A DNA stretch of 64,000 bases from Octopus bimaculoides. Its lineage: Eukaryota. The translations under genes were made by a program, and so were the position numbers. The stretch is from positions 19,500,973 through 19,564,972 of the forward strand of contig NC_068997.1 of NCBI RefSeq assembly GCF_001194135.2, in the 5' to 3' direction. The notes beneath the pieces were generated by a model. That model saw only the letters and a list, made by a program, of their open reading frames with translations. It did no database searches and had not been told where the DNA came from. Positions 58,324 through 64,000 of this stretch are shown here, piece after piece (the stretch's first letter is position 1; the number at the start of each line of letters is the position of its first letter).

Positions 58324-58535
58324 CCTTTGTGTGTGTGTCTTTGTCACCCTACCACCACATGACAGCTGGTGTTGGTTTGTTTACGTCCCCACGACTTAGC
58401 AGTTTGGCAAAAGATCCCGATTGATTAAGTAACAGACTTAAAAAATAAAAGGTACTGAAGCTGACTAAAATCTCTTTAAGATGGTGCCCCAGCATGACCA
58501 CAGTCTAATGACTGAAACAAGTAAATGATAAAAGA
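58085..58535 (+). mobile_element. tRNA-derived SINE, family A (near full length, internal (TA)n)
   Basis: Same head and tail as 181-585. Confidence 0.75.
58256..58321. repeat. (TA)n microsatellite
   Basis: Perfect TA run; similar runs at about 52210-52250 and 63634-63690; (CA)n at about 44289-44330; (TCTA)n at about 29145-29220. Confidence 0.95.
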
Positions 58536-58829
58536 TATATATATATATATATATATAGTATTTTGATGAAGCTGAAAGGAGTTCACAAACTGTTACTCAG
58601 AGTTTCACAGATCAAAGCAACCGTCGTGAGTAATAGTTTGGAAAGGCTTTTCAGCTGCAATAAAATACCATTTCACTCTACCTCTGGTATTCAAGTACTA
58701 TTTTCTCCACCTTGTTTTGCACATATGTGCTCACAATTGTACACACACACACATATAACATAGTGGTTCAATAAGTTTTGACATAATATTCAGTCTTTTT
58801 AATATCAAGTTTTCCATTCTGACAGAAGT

Positions 58830-59170
58830 CAGACCAGTCTGCGATACTGCATACCATCATTCCATTTGATCTTATGTCATTTCCTTTCTGAAGCACAACA
58901 TTCTGAGATCTGACCTTACTACTCTCTTTCAAGTTTCCCTCTGCCACAAGTCCCCTTCAATTATCATCAGTACACACCACTATCTATTTTTATCACATGT
59001 CCATAACATAGTAATCTCCAGATACCCAGCTGTGTTCCCCAGCTCACCTGTGTTTTGTCCCTCATGAAGGTTTAGCATGATATGTCCCAACAACTTACCT
59101 AATTTTTCTCCAGCCTCAACACGCATACTCTCTACTATATAGACCATACTCCTTACACACATTGAAAACA
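58830..59170 (-). mobile_element. Decayed RTE LINE ORF2 C-terminal fragment
   Basis: Minus strand gives GHVIKIDS...IEGTCGRGKL...VVRSDLRML...EMT, resembling WYGHV.R....VEG...RGRPRKTW...DL. Confidence 0.6.
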
Positions 59171-59276
59171 GTCTGCCTTTTGCATAGAGAGAAACTCTTT
59201 TGTAGTTGACAACCTAAACTGCTTCTACTCCAACTTTATATTCGAGGTTTGCAGGTGAGCCCTGCCCTCAGTCATC

Positions 59277-59489
59277 CTACTGAGGTATACTGCCCTTTTC
59301 CCCTTTCCACAGCTCTTTCAGCTCAACTTTACAGCCCAGATCTCTAAGTGCTGCTTTGGCTTCATCATGGGCTGTACTATGTTTAGCAAGTACTGCATTA
59401 ACCAAATCTGCAATTTCAAGTTCCCGGAAAGTGCCGGAGTACTCTGAGTTGTGATAAGCTACATTGCGTACGGCAATACAAGCCGATTT
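59277..59489 (-). CDS. ARMC6: ARMC6 terminal coding exon
   Basis: tttcag / [16 protein letters not shown]...[30 protein letters not shown]. Confidence 0.95.
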   Translation of the reverse strand, partial: KSACIAVRNVAYHNSEYSGTFRELEIADLVNAVLAKHSTAHDEAKAALRDLGCKVELKELWKGEKGSIPQ

Positions 59490-62260
59490 CTGAAACAAAA
59501 ACAAAAAGAAATGGTTAAACAAGTAAAGAAATAATGGAGATAGGCTGATTCGTCTCCCTTNNNNNNNNNNNNNNNNNNNNNNNNNNNNNNNNNNNNNNNN
59601 NNNNNNNNNNNNNNNNNNNNNNNNNNNNNNNNNNNNNNNNNNNNNNNNNNNNNNNNNNNNNNNNNNNNNNNNNGAAATGGTTAAACAAGTAAAGAAATAA
59701 TGGAGATAGGCTGATTCGTCTCCCTTCCACAAAGTTATGATCCTAAACAGTTGTGTTTAGCAGAAATGGTAGAAGAGTAGACTAAATAAATGAGTACAGG
59801 AGTTAATTCATTTGAAAGGAAGAATAAGAAATGTCCTTACCTGAACATGTGCAGAATCTGGGTGTGATTTCATCACTTGAACCAATAACTGAGGGAAGGT
59901 CGTTGTCATGATGATTTTAGCATTAGATGGGGACCTTAATGCTAGGGCGCCAATCAGTGCACAGCTGGCCTCACACACAGGTGGCTTCGACACATGTTTC
60001 GAGAGGGCAACCAAGATAATGTCCACCACTCCAGATGTCACAATGGCATCTTTAACCACATCATTTCGAGCTAAACACTGGAATATGGTCATTGTTCTTG
60101 AGCAGATTGACTGCAAGAGAAAATAAATCTATTTCAGTATTTAAACATTTAACATGAGCAAAAAGACAGGACATTTTAAAAATATTTCATCATCAACATC
60201 ATTTAACATCCATTTCCCATGCTGGTATGGGTTGGATGGATTGACAGGAGCTGGCCAGCTCCACTTTGTCTGGACATGGTCTTTACAGCATGCCAACCAC
60301 TTCAGAGAGTGTACTGAGTGATTTTGATATTGCACCAACACTATGTTGCTCAAGAACACAACATATTGCCCAGTTATGGAACTCAAACCACAATCTTACG
60401 ATCATGAGTCCAACACCCTAACCATTCATTAAACCACACACCTCCACTCCAAGACACATGGTTGAGAAGCCAACTTCTTAACCACATAGCCATGCTGGTG
60501 CCTACTATAAAATAAAATTCACTTACAGCGTTTTCCAAATTGTCCAGGAATATAGTTGTCAAGAATGAAATACCACCAAATTCATACACTTGCTGACAGA
60601 ATTCATTTCTTACTAACAATGTAGGAAGTGTTGTGAAGAGTTCTTTAAGAATAGTGGTATCTTTACTATAATCTGAAACAGAAAAACAAAAATGACAATA
60701 CCAACTCATATTTTATATTTCTATTATCTTACTTATTACACAAGATACAATGGTCTTTTAGGACAATTCTTTTTGGCTTTCTGTAGATTTAACCCTTTGT
60801 TTTCATATTTCTGTTGAAATACATTACCTGTGTTTCAAATAAATTTTGAAAACAATGAAGTCTTCAGGAAAATAACTGGTACTTTTAAGCTAGGGTTTGG
60901 AATATTTAATATTTTCTCAAAAGGACTTGGTATTTGACAGTTTGAGAACCACAGGCCCATCACTGTCTTGCTCCCTACCCACTCCAGGCTCCACAATAAT
61001 CACAATGCTCAATCCGTCCTTTCCAGGTGAGCAACCCCATGAAATATTTCCTTCCCTTCTGCATTTCACCAGCACACATTGACTTACTGATGTTTATATT
61101 GAACATTGACCAAATCAATGTCACCAGTCTTGGAAGACCTGCTCCATCCCTCTGACTAAACCATTTTTACAAAACACATACAGTAATAGGTGCTAGGTTT
61201 TACAATAATTAGTACCAGGATTGATTGGTTTGACTGAAATTCTTCAAGGCAGTTCCCCAGATTGGCTGCAGTCTAATGACTGAAGCAAGTAAAAGATAAA
61301 AGATAAACAATAAGAAAAATTACAAAAAAATGTTTCAAATACTTCAAGACCTACTTACGTTTGCATAGCTCCAAAATCAAAAGAAGACCAGAATCTTCAG
61401 TTGCTATCAACCTACAGGTTTCATGAGCATTTCCAAAGGGAACAGATGAATCATCATCGGCTGTTAACACACAGAATAAGGAGCAGATAGCTTTCACAAG
61501 TTCCTTTTCATCTTTGTAAGTTCTAAGTAAGTCCATTGCCTTACTAACAATTTGACCATCGATATAACTTTTCTTGTTAGCTTCATTAGTAATACAAGAA
61601 GTACTAATTACTTTGATAGTCTGTAGCAAAATATTAATGTCAGCACGATGTAGCTCAATTAATTCCAAGAAATATTTCGTATCTGTTGGTTTCATTAGTT
61701 TAGATTGTCCCACCAAAAGTACATAAACAGCATTTATAAACATCTGTAATAACTTGTTGTTCTGGCAGTTTTGTAGCTTTTGCAAGAATTTATATAAAGT
61801 AGTATAAGCACCATTGGTACCAGCGAGGGAACTTTTGGCAAAATCTGCACATTCTTTGACAAAATCCATGATCAGTTTCTCTAATTCTACTTCATTGATG
61901 TTATCATCAGTCAGGAACTGTTTTAACTGGTTGGTTATTTTTACAGAGGTATGGACTACAGGACCATTGTTCTCCGAGGAATAGACTTGGGTGTCTTTCA
62001 CAATTAAACTCAAATCTACATCCTGCATAAAAGAAGGAGAAAGAGTAAGAGTGAGTTAGAGAAAGAAATCACACAAAACATTATAAAACGAAAGCTAATT
62101 GATTTATGAATTCTATAAAAAATATAATGATTTAGTAAATTACCTGAGTTTTAAACTGGCTGAGGGCATCGTCCAGAGCTTCTTCAGGGCTCATATCAAA
62201 TTCTTCAATATTTTCAACAACAGCATCATCAAAAGTCTCCTGACTGATCAATTTAGACAT
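59277..62260 (-). CDS. ARMC6: Armadillo repeat-containing protein 6, complete CDS, 469 aa
   Basis: Exons on the minus strand: 62260-62144, 62022-61359, 60672-60527, 60110-59841, 59489-59277 total 1410 nt. The N-terminus [29 protein letters not shown]...[10 protein letters not shown] and the C-terminus [26 protein letters not shown] match ARMC6 hallmarks; LLVRNEFCQ is also present. Confidence 0.95.
59841..60110 (-). CDS. ARMC6: ARMC6 coding exon 4
   Basis: ttgcag / [24 protein letters not shown]...[11 protein letters not shown]...HPDSAHVQ / gtaagg. Confidence 0.94.
60527..60672 (-). CDS. ARMC6: ARMC6 coding exon 3
   Basis: tttcag / [48 protein letters not shown] / gtaagt. Confidence 0.94.
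61359..62022 (-). CDS. ARMC6: ARMC6 coding exon 2
   Basis: atgcag / [10 protein letters not shown]...[36 protein letters not shown] / gtaagt; 664 nt. Confidence 0.95.
62144..62260 (-). CDS. ARMC6: ARMC6 first coding exon
   Basis: ttctag / ATG... [39 protein letters not shown] / gtaatt. Confidence 0.93.
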
Positions 62261-63631
62261 CTAGAAAATAGAGACATTACATTATATTCATTAATTGTTT
62301 TGCTAAATATTTTCATATCATCATAATCATCATTTAACACCAGGTTTCCATGTTCACATAGGGTTGGACAAGATTTGATGAGCTGAAGCTAAAGGATTGA
62401 TTAAGATCACTCTGAAACAGGAAGTTTGTATCATAGAATTAAGGGTGATCTCTGGTGAGCTGGTATCAAAAGGGTTAAAATAGATGGGGTTTTTTTGTAT
62501 CAAAGAACTTCTAAGGCGAGTAGGTAACAAATACTAAATCACAACCAGTAGTATACTTTCCAGAAGATGGCCTAGGATCAAAATAAGCAGTCTTAATTTC
62601 AATGACTGTCCCTCAGTAGGTACCTCAGTTATTGTTGTTGTTGTTTGAACCCCAAGTCAGGCTAATCAAGCAGACCAATGATCAAAAAGTGTTCCAGCAA
62701 CAACCATATCTTTTAGTGTATCTAGGACGACATTATCCAAAGCGTCCTTCATTTTTTTTTAGACAATGGAGTGGTGAGTAGAGGGAGATTCGGCTTCTAT
62801 TTCTAACAGATTGAGTGACCTGGTTACTCTTCTTTAAAAGGAGACTATTATTCAATTGTAGCTGCTATTGTGTTACACAAAGCGACATTATATTCAGTGA
62901 ATGATTATTAAATTCCAGACTATGATTAAAAAACACAAAGCAACAATGATAAAGAAAAACAACCAGTATAACCACACAAAACATAGACATATAGTTTCTT
63001 TTATTGTTTTCTTATTTCCTTTACATGTTCTGCATGCATATTGGTTCAACTTTGGATAGTTCCAGTGGCATAGTAGGTTCTTTTTTTTTTTTTAGAGAAG
63101 AATTTGCAAACCCTTTGCTCAACCCTTCTCCATTTCTGCACAAATGGATGCTATGAATGGGTCTCTTATAGCCCTTCTCACAATGCAGCATAGCCAATTC
63201 CAAGAGAAAGAAATAGAGAAAGAGATGAATTAGTCCCAGTACATGATGGCAGGTTCTTTGTTGACTAAGGGTGGACTTGACTTCAGAGCACAGAAAGCTA
63301 GAATAAATACACCAGGGTATTCTGTTTGATACTCCGACAACCCTGCCAATTCACTACTCTTTTTTTCTCTCTCTCTGTATACACATATCATCATCATCAT
63401 TTAATATCTGTTTTCCATGCTGGCATGAGTTGGACAGTTTCACAGGAGCTGGTAAGGCCTGGGGCCACACCAGGTTCCATTGTCTGTCTTGGGTTGGTTT
63501 CTACAGCTAGATGTCCTTTCTAACACCTACCACTTTGCAGAGTACAGAGTGTACTGGGTACTTTTTGGGTGCTAGGGGATGATGTGTAGGTGGGGAGAAG
63601 GTTGATGGGACAGAACCCCTCATGAACAGGC

Positions 63632-63693
<62 letters not shown>

Positions 63694-64000
63694 TAGATAG
63701 ATAGATATAGATATTTATAAATATAAAGCATCCAGTCCACACTGTAAAGTGGTTGGCATTTGCAAGGGGCATCCAGCTGTAAAAACTATACCAAAACTGA
63801 CCTCCCCTGAGCTCATGCCACATAAAAAAACATTCAGTCCTCTTCACAGGGAGGTTGATGTTAGGAAGGGCATCCAACCATAAAACCATGCCAAATGACA
63901 CAGAAAGCTGGTGCAGTTTTCTGCAAACTGTCCAACCCATGCCAGCATGAAAAACACATTAAATGATGATGATGATGATATGAATATATATATATGTGTG

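Noticed and set aside
59508-59726. Identical 53-bp sequence on both sides of the N gap (59508-59560 and 59674-59726)
   Set aside because: Typical unmerged contig overlap; treated as an assembly artefact, not a real direct repeat.

Overview
AT-rich eukaryotic genomic DNA with 8 N gaps, dense microsatellites and SINE/MITE/LINE relics. The repeat landscape and TTAGGG tracts suggest an octopus (coleoid cephalopod) scaffold; this is an inference and no search was run. Four spliced protein-coding genes were assembled by hand from GT-AG sites and reading phase. (1) GULP1/ced-6 PTB engulfment adaptor (+, 2195-31100): its 5' end lies outside the window and its coiled-coil exon is not visible. (2) AK6 (-, 4 coding exons, 174 aa, complete). 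(3) PARP16 (+, 6 coding exons, 331 aa, complete). (4) ARMC6 (-, 5 coding exons, 469 aa, complete CDS). The arrangement is GULP1-> <-AK6 | PARP16-> <-ARMC6. I saw no rRNA, tRNA gene or CRISPR array. The most unusual object is a decayed Penelope-like retroelement in GULP1 intron sequence (17176-18556). Its GIY-YIG endonuclease motif is split by about 154 codons of T/N/D-rich repeated sequence that appears to have evolved as protein, and a type I hammerhead ribozyme relic follows it. Other items of interest are two long fold-back elements in the AK6/PARP16 divergent region (one carrying telomeric repeats), overlapping upstream ORFs at PARP16, a (SPTDIFSPS)x3 repeat exon in GULP1, and an inverted SINE pair before the PARP16 membrane-anchor exon. 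No confirmed new multi-gene system is evident.
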